Source: Bacillota bacterium (GTDB lineage Bacteria > Bacillota_I > Bacilli_A > RF39 > UBA660). Taken from it: 64,000 bases of DNA. Both the position numbers and the translations under genes were made by a program. Below are positions 8,479-19,069 of this stretch, in pieces. The DNA lies in the NCBI GenBank assembly GCA_015059485.1, contig SVAH01000001.1, positions 140,104 through 204,103 on the forward strand, written 5' to 3'. Numbering within the stretch: the first letter of the stretch is position 1; each line of letters begins with the position of its first letter. The notes beneath the pieces are model-generated. The model saw only the letters and a program-made list of their open reading frames with translations. It ran no database searches and was not told the DNA's origin.

Positions 8479-10497
8479 CTATGGACTACAAGTCTCAATC
8501 TTTAATTTATTATTTTTTATCTTAAACATAATACTACCGTCCACGTCTGTTCTGTAAATTTTTGATTCTTTCAAGTTTTCTAACGCTTCTTTATTTGGAT
8601 GACCATATCTGTTATTTTTACCAACTGATATAACACTATATTTAGGATCTATCTCATCTATAAACTCTTTGCTACTACTTGTCTTAGATCCATGATGTCC
8701 AACTTTTAATACGTCTATATCTGGTAGATTATATTTATTCATTATTTCATTTTCAGTAGTTGTAGATGCATCCCCCATAAACATAAATTTATAACCATTA
8801 AGTTCTGTATAAATGACATTACTATTATCATTTTCATTATCATATTCTTTTGTTTGTAAAAAATATAATTTATTTCTATCAATATTTAATTCTTTAATAC
8901 ACGAATAATATTTTATTTTTTTCTTATCTAGTACTTTTATTAATTCATTCTCTAAATCATTAATTTCACCACAATTAAATATTACTTTCTCTACTTTAAA
9001 ATTATTTGCTAGATTAATAGCTTCTCCCATATGATCGTAATCTCCATGTGTTAGAATTAAATAATCTATTTTCGATTTTCCAAGGCTTTTTAAATAATTT
9101 ATTAAACTAATACTAATGCTAAATTCCTTTTTTTTCACTTTCCACTTTTCTTTTTTATTGAATGAAATTTTTCCACCAGTATCAATCACAATAGATTTAT
9201 TGTTTATATCTATCAATATGCTATCACCTTGTTCTACGTTTAAATAACTTACAAAATTATTATTAAAATAAAATCTGCATTTAGATACTAAAACTAAGAA
9301 TACTATTACAAAAAAATATCTTTTTTTCTTACAAATGGAATAAAAATATAATGTAATATAATATAAAATAATAAGAATTATTGTTGGTTTTCCAATAATA
9401 ATATTTATTTTAAAAACAGTTAGAAGTTTATTTAGTGATTCAAAAATGTTTATAAGGATTACTACAATGTTATTAATAGGTAAAATTAATGAAAATAATA
9501 ATAACGGAAAAAATATAATTGAAATAAATGGCACTATAATAATATTTATAATAATTGATAAGAAATTAACTTCGTAATTATTATAAAGAGTTATTGGCAA
9601 AGATAATATAAATGCATAAATTGATAATAAAAAAATATTTTTGGGTTTTAATAATAATAAACCTGCTGTAATTATAAATGAATATTGAAAAACTGTATCA
9701 AAAATTATGTATGGGTTAATGCATGACAATATTAATGCAGTAAATAAAAGAATTACTATATTTGAAAAAGAATTAATAAATTTTATCTTCTTCAATGTAT
9801 AAAATATAGTAACTCTTAATACAGATGGTGTAAGCATAACTAAGAATGAATAAAAGAATAAGATTATTATTATTATATAATCATTAATTCTAAATTTTTT
9901 TAGAATTAAAATAATAATAGATATATGCATGCCAGAAATGGCAAATAAATGCGTTATACCATTAGTTTTATATAAATCATAAACATCACTATCTAAATAC
10001 TGCTTATCGCCGAAAATAAACATATAATAGTACTCATTTCTTCTTTTTTTAATAATAAATTTAGAAAAAAAATTTCTTATCTTATAAAAAATATTACATT
10101 TTTTGTTTAATTTATAATTTGTTGTATTCATGATAAGATTAATGTTTTTGTATTTTAAATATTTTTTATAATTAAAATTATTAGGTATTGTATTATTACT
10201 AGGCACTTCTAATTTACCTCTAAGATAAATTTTAGAACCTAACACAATATTATTATATAGATACTTTTTTTCTTTATACGTTTTAATACGATAAGTAGCT
10301 ATTATTCTTTCTTTTCCTTTAACTTGCAGTGTTAATTTATCACCATCAATTTTATAATATTCAATAGTTCCATAAAAGTCATTTGAATTTATATTTGAAT
10401 TTCGATATCTAAATAATAATTTAAATATAATTATAAGTACAAATACAAGAATAACACTACAAAGAAATATTATCTTTGATTTTTTCAAATAATGCAT
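8479..10497 (-). CDS. comEC: DNA internalization competence protein ComEC/Rec2
   Basis: N-terminal OB-like region, polytopic competence domain, C-terminal metallo-beta-lactamase domain (LTHGDYDHMGEA ... VGHHGSKTSS). The start may instead be TTG 9 nt downstream. Confidence 0.9.
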   Translation of the reverse strand: MHYLKKSKIIFLCSVILVFVLIIIFKLLFRYRNSNINSNDFYGTIEYYKIDGDKLTLQVKGKERIIATYRIKTYKEKKYLYNNIVLGSKIYLRGKLEVPSNNTIPNNFNYKKYLKYKNINLIMNTTNYKLNKKCNIFYKIRNFFSKFIIKKRRNEYYYMFIFGDKQYLDSDVYDLYKTNGITHLFAISGMHISIIILILKKFRINDYIIIIILFFYSFLVMLTPSVLRVTIFYTLKKIKFINSFSNIVILLFTALILSCINPYIIFDTVFQYSFIITAGLLLLKPKNIFLLSIYAFILSLPITLYNNYEVNFLSIIINIIIVPFISIIFFPLLLFSLILPINNIVVILINIFESLNKLLTVFKINIIIGKPTIILIILYYITLYFYSICKKKRYFFVIVFLVLVSKCRFYFNNNFVSYLNVEQGDSILIDINNKSIVIDTGGKISFNKKEKWKVKKKEFSISISLINYLKSLGKSKIDYLILTHGDYDHMGEAINLANNFKVEKVIFNCGEINDLENELIKVLDKKKIKYYSCIKELNIDRNKLYFLQTKEYDNENDNSNVIYTELNGYKFMFMGDASTTTENEIMNKYNLPDIDVLKVGHHGSKTSSSKEFIDEIDPKYSVISVGKNNRYGHPNKEALENLKESKIYRTDVDGSIMFKIKNNKLKIETCSP

Positions 10498-11209
10498 CTC
10501 CTATCCCTGAAACATTTTTTATTTCTTCAATATTCTTAAATCCATTATTTTTTTCACGATATTCAATAATTGCAATAGCTTTTGATTCTCCAACGCCGGG
10601 AAGAGTCATTAACTTTTCTTTTGACGATGTATTAAGTGATACTATTGTATTATCCTCTATATTAGTATTACTTATATTATTTGTACTTTCTTCATTATCT
10701 GTGATTATAGCATTAATATCATTTCCATCAATTTTAGTTATTGCATTTTCACTACATTTTTCAACATTAATATTTTTGCATACACATTCACTAATTTCAT
10801 GATTATCTTTCTTTTTTAACTCATTTTTATTTGCAATCCTAATAACCATTTGATCTTCAAGTTTTCTACTTAAATTTATATTATCAGTTGTTGCATTTTT
10901 AGCAAGTCCACCTGCAATATTTATTAAATCAGATACATTTGCACCATTTTTAATTTCATAAACATTAGGTTTTTTTACGAAACCTTTTATATCCACTTTT
11001 ATCGTATTTTTTACATTCTCATCCCTTACATTTGCATCATTATTTTCGTTAATAGTAATTTTTGAAGACTGATTTTTGGAAATGCTTACATTTTCTTTTT
11101 TTATTACGTCTTTATATATTAAAAAACAAATGCCACTAATCATAAATATTAATAATAATGTACATATAATATTAAAATAATAATCAAATAATTCTTTTAA
11201 TTTGTTCAA
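10457..11209 (-). CDS. comEA: competence protein ComEA (DNA receptor)
   Basis: N-terminal TM helix, SLBB-like VDIKGFVKKPNVYEIKNGANVSDLINIAGG, C-terminal helix-hairpin-helix LMTLPGVGESKAIAIIEYRE...SGIGDALFEKI. TTG start 8 nt after GGAGG preferred over the track GTG. Confidence 0.85.
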   Translation of the reverse strand: MNKLKELFDYYFNIICTLLLIFMISGICFLIYKDVIKKENVSISKNQSSKITINENNDANVRDENVKNTIKVDIKGFVKKPNVYEIKNGANVSDLINIAGGLAKNATTDNINLSRKLEDQMVIRIANKNELKKKDNHEISECVCKNINVEKCSENAITKIDGNDINAIITDNEESTNNISNTNIEDNTIVSLNTSSKEKLMTLPGVGESKAIAIIEYREKNNGFKNIEEIKNVSGIGDALFEKIKDNISL

Positions 11210-11255
11210 ATTAATCACCTCCTTTTTTTAGTTTTTTTTGAAGGGGTTATTTTAC

Positions 11256-11295
11256 CCCTTCTACTAGTAATATTACAAAAAAGTTTGCAATTTCC
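11256..11295 (-). promoter_or_regulatory. 40-nt conserved upstream element, copy 1 (upstream of comEA-comEC)
   Basis: Minus-strand reading GGAAATTGCAAACTTTTTTGTAATATTACTAGTAGAAGGG. It is 37/40 identical to 44138..44177 upstream of the bacteriocin-type ABC exporter. Confidence 0.55.
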
Positions 11296-11358
11296 TTTTT
11301 TTTCAGTGAAATTTATCAAAAAAATTATTTTTCAAATAAAAAAAAGATGTTTCCATCC

Positions 11359-12366
11359 TTAAATATCTATATATTCATACCCTAAATGTTTATATGCTTT
11401 TTCACATGCAACACGACCTCTTTGTGTTCTTTTAACAAAACCTTCTTGTAATAGGTATGGTTCTATTACATCTTCAATAGTTGTTGGTTCTTCACCAATG
11501 GATGTTGCTATTGTTTGGACACCAACAGGGCCTCCATTAAATTTTTCGATAAGTGCTTCTAAATATTCTTTATCTATTTGATCTAATCCTTCATCATCTA
11601 CATTCAATCTTTTTAATGCTTTAGCAGTTATTTCTTTAGTAATAATACTTCCTTCTTCTACTAAAGCGAAGTCTCTAACGCGCTTAAATAGTCTGTTTGC
11701 AATTCTTGGCGTTTTTCTACTTCTATTAGCAAGTTCTACTACCGCATCATCTTCAATAGGCATATTAAGAACTCTACTTGTTCTTTTAATTATCATCCCC
11801 AATTCTTCAGTAGAATAATAATTTAATTTAGAAACTATTCCAAAACGATCTCTTAAAGGTGCGGATATATCCCCTGAACGTGTTGTTGCTCCAACTAAAG
11901 TAAATGGTGGCAAATCTATTTTTAAACTTCTACTTTTACCGTCATTACCAATTATTATGTCAAGTTCAAAATCTTCCATAGCCGGGTAAAGAATCTCTTC
12001 TATATATCTTGGCATTCTATGTATTTCATCTATAAATAAAACATCACCAGGTTCTAAGTTAGAAAGAATTGCAGCCAAATCTCCTGGTTTTTCAATAGAA
12101 GGTCCAGAAGCAGTTTTTAAGTCACTTCCAAGTTCATTAGCAATTATATGAGCAAGTGTTGTTTTTCCAAGCCCTGGAGGGCCATATAATAGTACATGAT
12201 CTAATACTTCATCTCTCATTTTACAAGCTTTAATAAACACTCTTATATTTTCTTTTACTTCAGTTTGGCCAACATATTCATCTAAATATTCTGGCCTAAT
12301 ATTATTTTCAAAATTGTCAGCTTCCAATTTTTCATCTGTAATTATTCTTTCATCCATCTTATTCAT
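11359..12366 (-). CDS. ruvB: Holliday junction branch migration helicase RuvB
   Basis: Walker [17 protein letters not shown] sensor region, full-length match to the RuvB pattern. Confidence 0.95.
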   Translation of the reverse strand: MNKMDERIITDEKLEADNFENNIRPEYLDEYVGQTEVKENIRVFIKACKMRDEVLDHVLLYGPPGLGKTTLAHIIANELGSDLKTASGPSIEKPGDLAAILSNLEPGDVLFIDEIHRMPRYIEEILYPAMEDFELDIIIGNDGKSRSLKIDLPPFTLVGATTRSGDISAPLRDRFGIVSKLNYYSTEELGMIIKRTSRVLNMPIEDDAVVELANRSRKTPRIANRLFKRVRDFALVEEGSIITKEITAKALKRLNVDDEGLDQIDKEYLEALIEKFNGGPVGVQTIATSIGEEPTTIEDVIEPYLLQEGFVKRTQRGRVACEKAYKHLGYEYIDI

Positions 12367-12376
12367 CCCCCTATTT

Positions 12377-12928
12377 TTATTTTAATAATAATCTTAATGC
12401 TTCTTTAATTTGACTTTCAAGTTTTTCCTCAGTAATGCTTGGAATCACTTTTTTAATATCAGCGTGTTTATATCCAAGAGCTTCTAAAGCTTCAATTAAT
12501 TCTGCAAAACTATCATTTGATTTATCATCACTTTCAATGTTAATTTTGCCTTTTAAATCTAAAACAATTTGTCTTGCAAGTTTATCACCAATCTTTGGAA
12601 ATTTTGTTAAATATAATATATTTTCACGATCAATTGCATCAATAATCCCTGAAACACTACCTGTTGCAAGCATTGGAAGTGCCATTTTAGGACCTAAACC
12701 TTTTACGTTGATTAAACGCATAAATAAGTTTTTTTCATCTAATGTTTTGAAACCATATAGGCTAAATTCATCTTCTCTTATATGGTTATACAAATATATT
12801 TGATATTCGCATCCTACTTCAAAACTAAATGGATTTGCTACATATATTTGATATCCAATACCATTATTATCTATTACTATATAGTTACATTCATTTAAAA
12901 CTACACTACCTTTTATATAATTAAACAT
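12377..12928 (-). CDS. ruvA: Holliday junction DNA-binding protein RuvA
   Basis: MFNYIKG... OB-fold N-terminus, HhH region ([10 protein letters not shown]), directly upstream of ruvB. ATG 12928 after an AGGATGTGA RBS. Confidence 0.9.
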   Translation of the reverse strand: MFNYIKGSVVLNECNYIVIDNNGIGYQIYVANPFSFEVGCEYQIYLYNHIREDEFSLYGFKTLDEKNLFMRLINVKGLGPKMALPMLATGSVSGIIDAIDRENILYLTKFPKIGDKLARQIVLDLKGKINIESDDKSNDSFAELIEALEALGYKHADIKKVIPSITEEKLESQIKEALRLLLK

Positions 12929-13001
12929 TACTATCACATCCTACTTAATAATATCATAAGAAAATTTGTTCGTCAATTTAAAGCAACAAAAAAAGAAGCA
13001 A

Positions 13002-13361
13002 TTATGCTTCTTTAACTGAATCATTTCTTTCTTTAACTTTATATTCTTTACGCATTCCTTTAATAAAGTTAAGTTTAGCACGTCTAACTAATCCTTTTTT
13101 AACTACTACTATTTTATCAATAGTTGGTGCGTTAACAGGAAAAATTCTTGTAATTCCAATTCCATAAGATTTCTTACGAACTGAGAAAGTTTCAGAAATT
13201 CCACTACCTTTTTTAGCAACTACTAAACCTTCAAATGCTTGGATTCTTTCTTTTTTACCTTCTTTTACCCATACATCTACTCTTACAGTATCTCCTACAC
13301 GGAATTCAGGAATATCAGTCTTAATGTGCTTTTCATTGATTTTATCAACTAAATTAGCCAT
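13002..13361 (-). CDS. rplS: 50S ribosomal protein L19
   Basis: IPEFRVGDTVRV...KEGKKERIQAFEG.V.A, classic L19 sequence. Confidence 0.95.
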   Translation of the reverse strand: MANLVDKINEKHIKTDIPEFRVGDTVRVDVWVKEGKKERIQAFEGLVVAKKGSGISETFSVRKKSYGIGITRIFPVNAPTIDKIVVVKKGLVRRAKLNFIKGMRKEYKVKERNDSVKEA

Positions 13362-13447
13362 TTTTCATCCATCCTTTCTAAATCATATCTTCTATAATCA
13401 TAAAATATTTTAGCGGATTATATGCGTCTTTTTTTCAAAGCATATGT

Positions 13448-13476
13448 ATTATATCAAAAAAAAATGAAAATAGCAA
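13448..13476 (-). promoter_or_regulatory. sigma-A type promoter for rplS
   Basis: Minus strand TTGCTA (13476..13471), 17 nt spacer, TATAAT (13453..13448), about 90 nt upstream of the rplS start. Confidence 0.5.
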
Positions 13477-13479
13477 ATA

Positions 13480-13812
13480 CTATCTTCCTAAATGCTTAAA
13501 ATATATATCATTTAATGTCATTTGATCATTATTTATACCTAGAAATGCTAAATATTCACTAAAAATATCATCATTAATAGGACAACAACTATCAGTCATA
13601 TTAACATCTACTAAATAATAAAATTCATTATAAGTTTGGACGAGTATAAAATTGTAATCCCCAAATCCAAATAAATCTTTTATATTAAATTTTTTATTTT
13701 TAATCCCATATATATTAAGTCCGGTTGAAATATTATCATAAGTTCTGTTAATTTCATTATCAACTATTGTAGCCTCAACTATTTCTCTAATTGTGTTTGT
13801 AAAATCTATCAT
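13480..13812 (-). CDS. hypothetical protein (110 aa)
   Basis: ORF with 4-nt overlap to the upstream ORF. No recognisable motif, no signal peptide. Confidence 0.45.
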   Translation of the reverse strand: MIDFTNTIREIVEATIVDNEINRTYDNISTGLNIYGIKNKKFNIKDLFGFGDYNFILVQTYNEFYYLVDVNMTDSCCPINDDIFSEYLAFLGINNDQMTLNDIYFKHLGR

Positions 13813-14264
13813 CTAGAATGTCCTCTTTCCTCTGTAAATTCTTCTTGTTCTATTAATCCTTTATAAACATTGTGAATTACTATTTTAGAACGTAATTCAT
13901 TTTCTAAAAATCTAAGTTTTTTAATATATTCTTCTTCTTTTTCTTTTTTTAAAAATTTTTGATATTTATTTAAAATAACTGCTCTCAATTTTGCAACTTC
14001 ATCAAGTGCAATCGAGGCATCAGAAGAAGACTCTTCATCATCAGTAGTTAATATATCATATGTAATTGAAACTAATCTTTCAAATGCTTTCTCAATTTTT
14101 TTCGAAAGTATTATGTCAATCATTGACGAATTATATAAAGTGATTTTATTCACCCTTATATCACAAGATTTAATATTCGGTTTAAAATCATATCCTAAAC
14201 TACTATCTTTTATATCAACTATGTTTTGTTCATCATCATTTCTTTTTATTAAAAAACTCATCAT
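13809..14264 (-). CDS. hypothetical protein (151 aa), acidic/coiled C-terminal half
   Basis: ORF starts 10 nt after the trmD stop and overlaps the next ORF. No family recognised. Confidence 0.45.
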   Translation of the reverse strand: MMSFLIKRNDDEQNIVDIKDSSLGYDFKPNIKSCDIRVNKITLYNSSMIDIILSKKIEKAFERLVSITYDILTTDDEESSSDASIALDEVAKLRAVILNKYQKFLKKEKEEEYIKKLRFLENELRSKIVIHNVYKGLIEQEEFTEERGHSR

Positions 14265-14274
14265 TTAAATCACC

Positions 14275-14937
14275 CTACTTTAAAAGATCACTACGATTTT
14301 TCTTAGTTTTTTCTATTCTGCTTTGTTCTCTAAATTCTTTAATCTTTTTATGATCACCAGATAAAAGTACATCTGGAACCTTCATTCCTCTGTATTCTCT
14401 AGGTTTAGTATATGTTTCATAGTCAAGCAGGTTATCACTAAAACTCTCATCATCTAAACTTTCTTTAGTTATCACTCCATCAATTAATCTAACAATGCTA
14501 TCAGTAAGTATCATGGCAGGTATTTCACCACCAGTTAGCACATAATCGCCAACACTTATTTCATAATCACATAAAGTTCTTATTCGCTCATCAAATCCTT
14601 CATAATGACCACAAATAATTATTAAATGTTTTAACTTACTAAATTCATATGCACACTTTTGATTATATGTTTTACCATCTGGAGTCATCATCACAATAAC
14701 ACTCTCATCTGTTTTTATATCATCAATACAATCAAATATAGGTTCACATCTTAAAACCATACCAGGTCCTCCGCCATATGGAGTATCATCTACTTGATTA
14801 TTTGATAACTTAGAATATTTTCTAAAATCAATTAAATTAATTTCTACTTTCTTATCATTAATAGCACGTTTGATTATAGATTCATTTAACATTCCTTCAA
14901 ACATGCTTGGAAAAAGAGTTAATATATCAATTTTCAT
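14275..14937 (-). CDS. trmD: tRNA (guanine37-N1)-methyltransferase
   Basis: MKIDILTLFP.MF.G....SI..RA start, YGGGPGMV motif, GHYEG.DER, full TrmD pattern. Confidence 0.95.
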   Translation of the reverse strand: MKIDILTLFPSMFEGMLNESIIKRAINDKKVEINLIDFRKYSKLSNNQVDDTPYGGGPGMVLRCEPIFDCIDDIKTDESVIVMMTPDGKTYNQKCAYEFSKLKHLIIICGHYEGFDERIRTLCDYEISVGDYVLTGGEIPAMILTDSIVRLIDGVITKESLDDESFSDNLLDYETYTKPREYRGMKVPDVLLSGDHKKIKEFREQSRIEKTKKNRSDLLK

Positions 14938-15428
14938 ATAATCAAATCCCTTACATTCTCACATTCAATTGTTTTATTTACTAGATCAACTTTTTTAATA
15001 AAATTGTCATTATATGGTATATAAAAATTTTTATCTGCCTTAATACATAATAAAACATTGCTATTATTATACATAAAATCTTCGACAATTCCTAGTATTT
15101 TTTCATTTTCTTTTATATTTAATCCTATCAAATCTTCTATAATGTATTCAGTACTATCTAATTTCAAATCTTCTCTTTTAATAAAAACAGACATACCCTT
15201 GTATTTTATAACATCGTTTATATTGTTAATACCATTAAGTGTTACCATATCATATTCTTTATGAACTCTATATGTATTAATACTTCTGCAATCTTTATTC
15301 TTTCCAAAATATAGTTTAAAATTTTTTTTAAATACTAACTCTTTTTTTTCAAAATCAGATTTAATTCTAATTTCACCCTTGATACCATGAGTATTGGATA
15401 CTTTTCCTAAATAAATATATTCTTTCAT
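14934..15428 (-). CDS. rimM: 16S rRNA processing protein RimM
   Basis: GKVSNTHGIKGEIRI N-terminal motif; overlaps trmD (canonical rimM-trmD pair). Confidence 0.85.
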   Translation of the reverse strand: MKEYIYLGKVSNTHGIKGEIRIKSDFEKKELVFKKNFKLYFGKNKDCRSINTYRVHKEYDMVTLNGINNINDVIKYKGMSVFIKREDLKLDSTEYIIEDLIGLNIKENEKILGIVEDFMYNNSNVLLCIKADKNFYIPYNDNFIKKVDLVNKTIECENVRDLII

Positions 15429-16129
15429 TTAATATCCCCCATTTTATACATTAATATTGATGCACATACTCCTGCATTTAAACTCTCACATAAATTATTC
15501 ATTTTAATAGTTATATTTTTATCACACAATTTTAGTATTTCATCACTAATTCCATTTCCTTCATTGCCAATAACTAAAGCTATTTTATCATCATTTTCAA
15601 AGTCACCGTTGCCATTAACAGTAGTAGCATATATTTTATAACCATTTTCTTTTAAATCAAGAATTACATCTTTTAATTTTCTTCTTAAAATATTTAAATG
15701 AAATATCATACCTTCACTAGAACGGATTACTTTATCATTATATAAATCAACGCTATTATCAGATAGTATTAGTGTATCAATATTGAAAGCAACAGCACTT
15801 CTAATTATAGTTCCCAAATTGCCTGGATCCTGTATGTTGTCAAGAATAACGACATTGCCATTTATTTTTCTTTCATCTAATTTTTCTACTACTGCAATTT
15901 CGTTAGTACCACTTGCTTGACTTGATAATTTATCAAGTACTTCTTTTGTAACTTCTAAATCGTATGAATCATCAAGTCCAATTGTACTTATTATTTTATT
16001 TGCTTTAGTTGCTTCTTTTATTAAATGATCTCCTTCAACTAAAAACTTATTTTCTATATCACGATATTTTTTTTGATGTAATTTATTAATATCAACAATT
16101 TGTTTATTTTGTAATGATGTTATTTTCAT
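15425..16129 (-). CDS. TrmH/SpoU family RNA 2'-O-methyltransferase
   Basis: LDNIQDPGNLGTIIRSA, LVIGNEGNGIS and ESLNAGVCASI are the three SpoU methylase motifs. Confidence 0.8.
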   Translation of the reverse strand: MKITSLQNKQIVDINKLHQKKYRDIENKFLVEGDHLIKEATKANKIISTIGLDDSYDLEVTKEVLDKLSSQASGTNEIAVVEKLDERKINGNVVILDNIQDPGNLGTIIRSAVAFNIDTLILSDNSVDLYNDKVIRSSEGMIFHLNILRRKLKDVILDLKENGYKIYATTVNGNGDFENDDKIALVIGNEGNGISDEILKLCDKNITIKMNNLCESLNAGVCASILMYKMGDIK

Positions 16130-16758
16130 ACTTCTCTTAATTCCTTTCTAGCACCTTTATAATCTGGGTAATATTCGCTAACATGCCTCCAAAAATTAGC
16201 ACTATGATTTGCCTCATAAAAATGACATAATTCATGAATTATAACATAGTCTAACAAATGAGGTTTCTTTTTTAGCAATTCTGAATTTAAAGTTATTATT
16301 CTTTTTGTAACGTTATTTACTCCCCATCTTGTTTTCATTTTTCTGATTTTCAAGCTAAATTTTGGAATATCATTAAAGTAACTTGATATCCTTTTAACTT
16401 CATTTTCAAATATTCTATTGCATTCTTTTTGATAGAATTTATCAAGAGTTTTTTTATCTCTTACAAATATCATATCATCTCTAAATTCTGGTGATTTTGA
16501 AGTATTATCAAAAACTATTGTATATTTTTCGCCTAAATAATTGAAAAATCTATCATTTTCTATCTCTTTATCATTATGTTTACACATTTTATATAAAGAT
16601 TCTTCATTTTTTTTAATTAAATCTAATATATATTTTTTTGAGATAAATCTATTGCAAGTAACTACTAATTTATTATTATTAAATCTAAAATAAATATTTT
16701 TATTATTTTTATATATTATTTCTAAATCTACAATAATATCTTTCAATTCAACCTGCAT
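16126..16758 (-). CDS. YgjP-like metal-dependent hydrolase (DUF45/M48-like)
   Basis: RWGVNN...IITLNSELLK...YVIIHELCHF (HExxH in the typical DUF45 context). Confidence 0.7.
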   Translation of the reverse strand: MQVELKDIIVDLEIIYKNNKNIYFRFNNNKLVVTCNRFISKKYILDLIKKNEESLYKMCKHNDKEIENDRFFNYLGEKYTIVFDNTSKSPEFRDDMIFVRDKKTLDKFYQKECNRIFENEVKRISSYFNDIPKFSLKIRKMKTRWGVNNVTKRIITLNSELLKKKPHLLDYVIIHELCHFYEANHSANFWRHVSEYYPDYKGARKELREV

Positions 16759-16817
16759 AATATCACCATATACATTGTACCATAAAAAAGAACTAATGTT
16801 TACTAGTTCTTTTTAAT

Positions 16818-19016
16818 TTATTTAACAAAAATATCATTTATAAATTTCTTTAAAGTAGTTTTTCTATTAGTTGAATAATCATTATTAATCGCCACTTCAA
16901 AAGATGTTTGTTCCCCGATTAATACTAAACTTTTCTTAGCTCTAGAAACGCCTGTATATATTAATTTATTATATAACATCTTATTATAATTTTTTGATAT
17001 AGGCATAATAACATGAGGAAACTCACTTCCTTGAGATTTATGTATTGTAATGGCATAGGCATGTTTTATCATATTCATATCCTCTTTTTTATATTCAACA
17101 TAATTTCCATCAAAATCGATAGTTATTATATCAGTCTTTCTAGGATTCATTACCGTATCAATTGATTTAATATATCCAATATCTCCATTAAATACATTAC
17201 AATCAGGGTTATTAGCAAGCTGCAACACTTTATCATTTTCCCTAAATATTACCTGTCCAACCGTTGTTTCTTTTTTCTTTTTATCTTTTGGATTAAATAA
17301 TTCTTGCATTAATATATTTAAATTATCTATGCCATTTTCCCCCTTATACATTGGTGCAAGTATTTGAATATCTCTATCTTTTAACCCTTTTTTTATGGAT
17401 TTTTCAATAACTTTTTTAATCATTGTCTTTATATTAATTGACTCAACTGGTAAGAAATTATAATCATCTTTTTTATCCAAATAATTAGTAGATAAATTAT
17501 GTTCTTTTATTTCACGAGCAAGATATGCTATATATGAATTATCACTTTGACGATATATTTTTGATAATGGACAAAAGCTAAATTTATTTGATTCGATTAA
17601 ATCACTTAATATAAGACCATATCCAACAGATGGAAGTTGAAATGAATCTCCTACTAAAATAAGCTGTATATCACTATTTAAGCCTTTTAATAAAGAATCC
17701 ATTAAATAAGTATCTATCATGCTTACTTCATCCACTATTACAAGCTTATGGTGATTTTTATTATATTCATTAACTCCGAATGAATCAGTATCCTTATTCC
17801 ATTTTAAAAATCTATGAATAGTAGATGACGGTAAATGAGTTGATTCACTCATCTTTTTAGCAGCCCTTCCAGTTGGTGCTAAGAGTGCTATATTTGTTAT
17901 TATATCAATTGGAGATAGTTTATATGCCTCAACATATAATTTACATATTGCATTAATAATTGTAGTTTTTCCTGTTCCTGGACCACCAGATATAATAGTA
18001 ACCCTATTTTCCAAAGATTTCTTTATTGCATCTTCTTGTTCATTATTATAGTTAACATTCAAAATATCTTCTAAATCTTTTATTCTATCTTCAATGTTTT
18101 TAATTTTCTTTAAAGGATAATTAATAATATCTTTTAAATTTTCTGCAATATCAACTTCCATTTGAAAAATATTATTTAAATAATATCTATTATCATCCAC
18201 TATTATAAATTCATCATGAATTAAAGATTTTAATAAATTATCTATATATACTTCATCTAATATTAATTTAAACTTAGATCTAAGTACATCTATTATTTCT
18301 TCTTTAAAATAATATGTATCACCATTAGAATCTGATAATAATTGCATACCCTCTAGAATACATGCTTTAACTCTTATTTCATCATCATACGAATTATTAT
18401 TTAAAAATATAGAATCCAACTTATTAAATGAGATTATTTCTTTAAGTAAGTATATATTAGTATCTATTAAATTTAATGATTTATCTTTATATTTATTAAA
18501 TATTTTAATAGACTCTGGGATAGAAAATCCCAGTGTTTTAAGTTTAACAATCGTATCATCAGCTTGTGATGATGACACTACTGAATTATATATTTTGAAA
18601 GCTTTATCTTCACTTATACCCGGTACTAAAGTTAAGTTAGTATGAGATTCTTTAATCTTATTAAGAGTATCATCACCAAAATATTCTACTATCTTTTTAG
18701 CAGTCTTAGCGCCACAGCCTTTTATTAGCGAGCTAGACAGAAATTCAATTATACCTTCACTAGTAGTAGGAAGTATCTTTTCATAATTATTAAATTTATA
18801 TTGTTTGCCAAATCTTTCATGAGTAGTATATTCGCCATATAATATATAATTATCTTCACAATTTACATCTATAATATTGCCTGTAACTGTAATAGTTTTA
18901 TTTATTAAATCTTTTAAGCCTTCATCATTGGTTTCTTTAACACGAAAAAGACCGACAAAAAAACCATTGCTAGTTTCATAAATAGTGTTTTTAATCTTAC
19001 CTTTTATATAATTCAT
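16818..19016 (-). CDS. recD2: ATP-dependent RecD-like DNA helicase RecD2
   Basis: 732 aa, N-terminal HhH region, Walker A GGPGTGKTT, VDEVSM Walker B, C-terminal SH3-like region and YAITIHKSQGSE motif. Confidence 0.9.
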   Translation of the reverse strand: MNYIKGKIKNTIYETSNGFFVGLFRVKETNDEGLKDLINKTITVTGNIIDVNCEDNYILYGEYTTHERFGKQYKFNNYEKILPTTSEGIIEFLSSSLIKGCGAKTAKKIVEYFGDDTLNKIKESHTNLTLVPGISEDKAFKIYNSVVSSSQADDTIVKLKTLGFSIPESIKIFNKYKDKSLNLIDTNIYLLKEIISFNKLDSIFLNNNSYDDEIRVKACILEGMQLLSDSNGDTYYFKEEIIDVLRSKFKLILDEVYIDNLLKSLIHDEFIIVDDNRYYLNNIFQMEVDIAENLKDIINYPLKKIKNIEDRIKDLEDILNVNYNNEQEDAIKKSLENRVTIISGGPGTGKTTIINAICKLYVEAYKLSPIDIITNIALLAPTGRAAKKMSESTHLPSSTIHRFLKWNKDTDSFGVNEYNKNHHKLVIVDEVSMIDTYLMDSLLKGLNSDIQLILVGDSFQLPSVGYGLILSDLIESNKFSFCPLSKIYRQSDNSYIAYLAREIKEHNLSTNYLDKKDDYNFLPVESINIKTMIKKVIEKSIKKGLKDRDIQILAPMYKGENGIDNLNILMQELFNPKDKKKKETTVGQVIFRENDKVLQLANNPDCNVFNGDIGYIKSIDTVMNPRKTDIITIDFDGNYVEYKKEDMNMIKHAYAITIHKSQGSEFPHVIMPISKNYNKMLYNKLIYTGVSRAKKSLVLIGEQTSFEVAINNDYSTNRKTTLKKFINDIFVK

Positions 19017-19069
19017 GATATCACCTTAATTATCATAACATAAAAAAGATAATCTTCAAAGATTATCTT

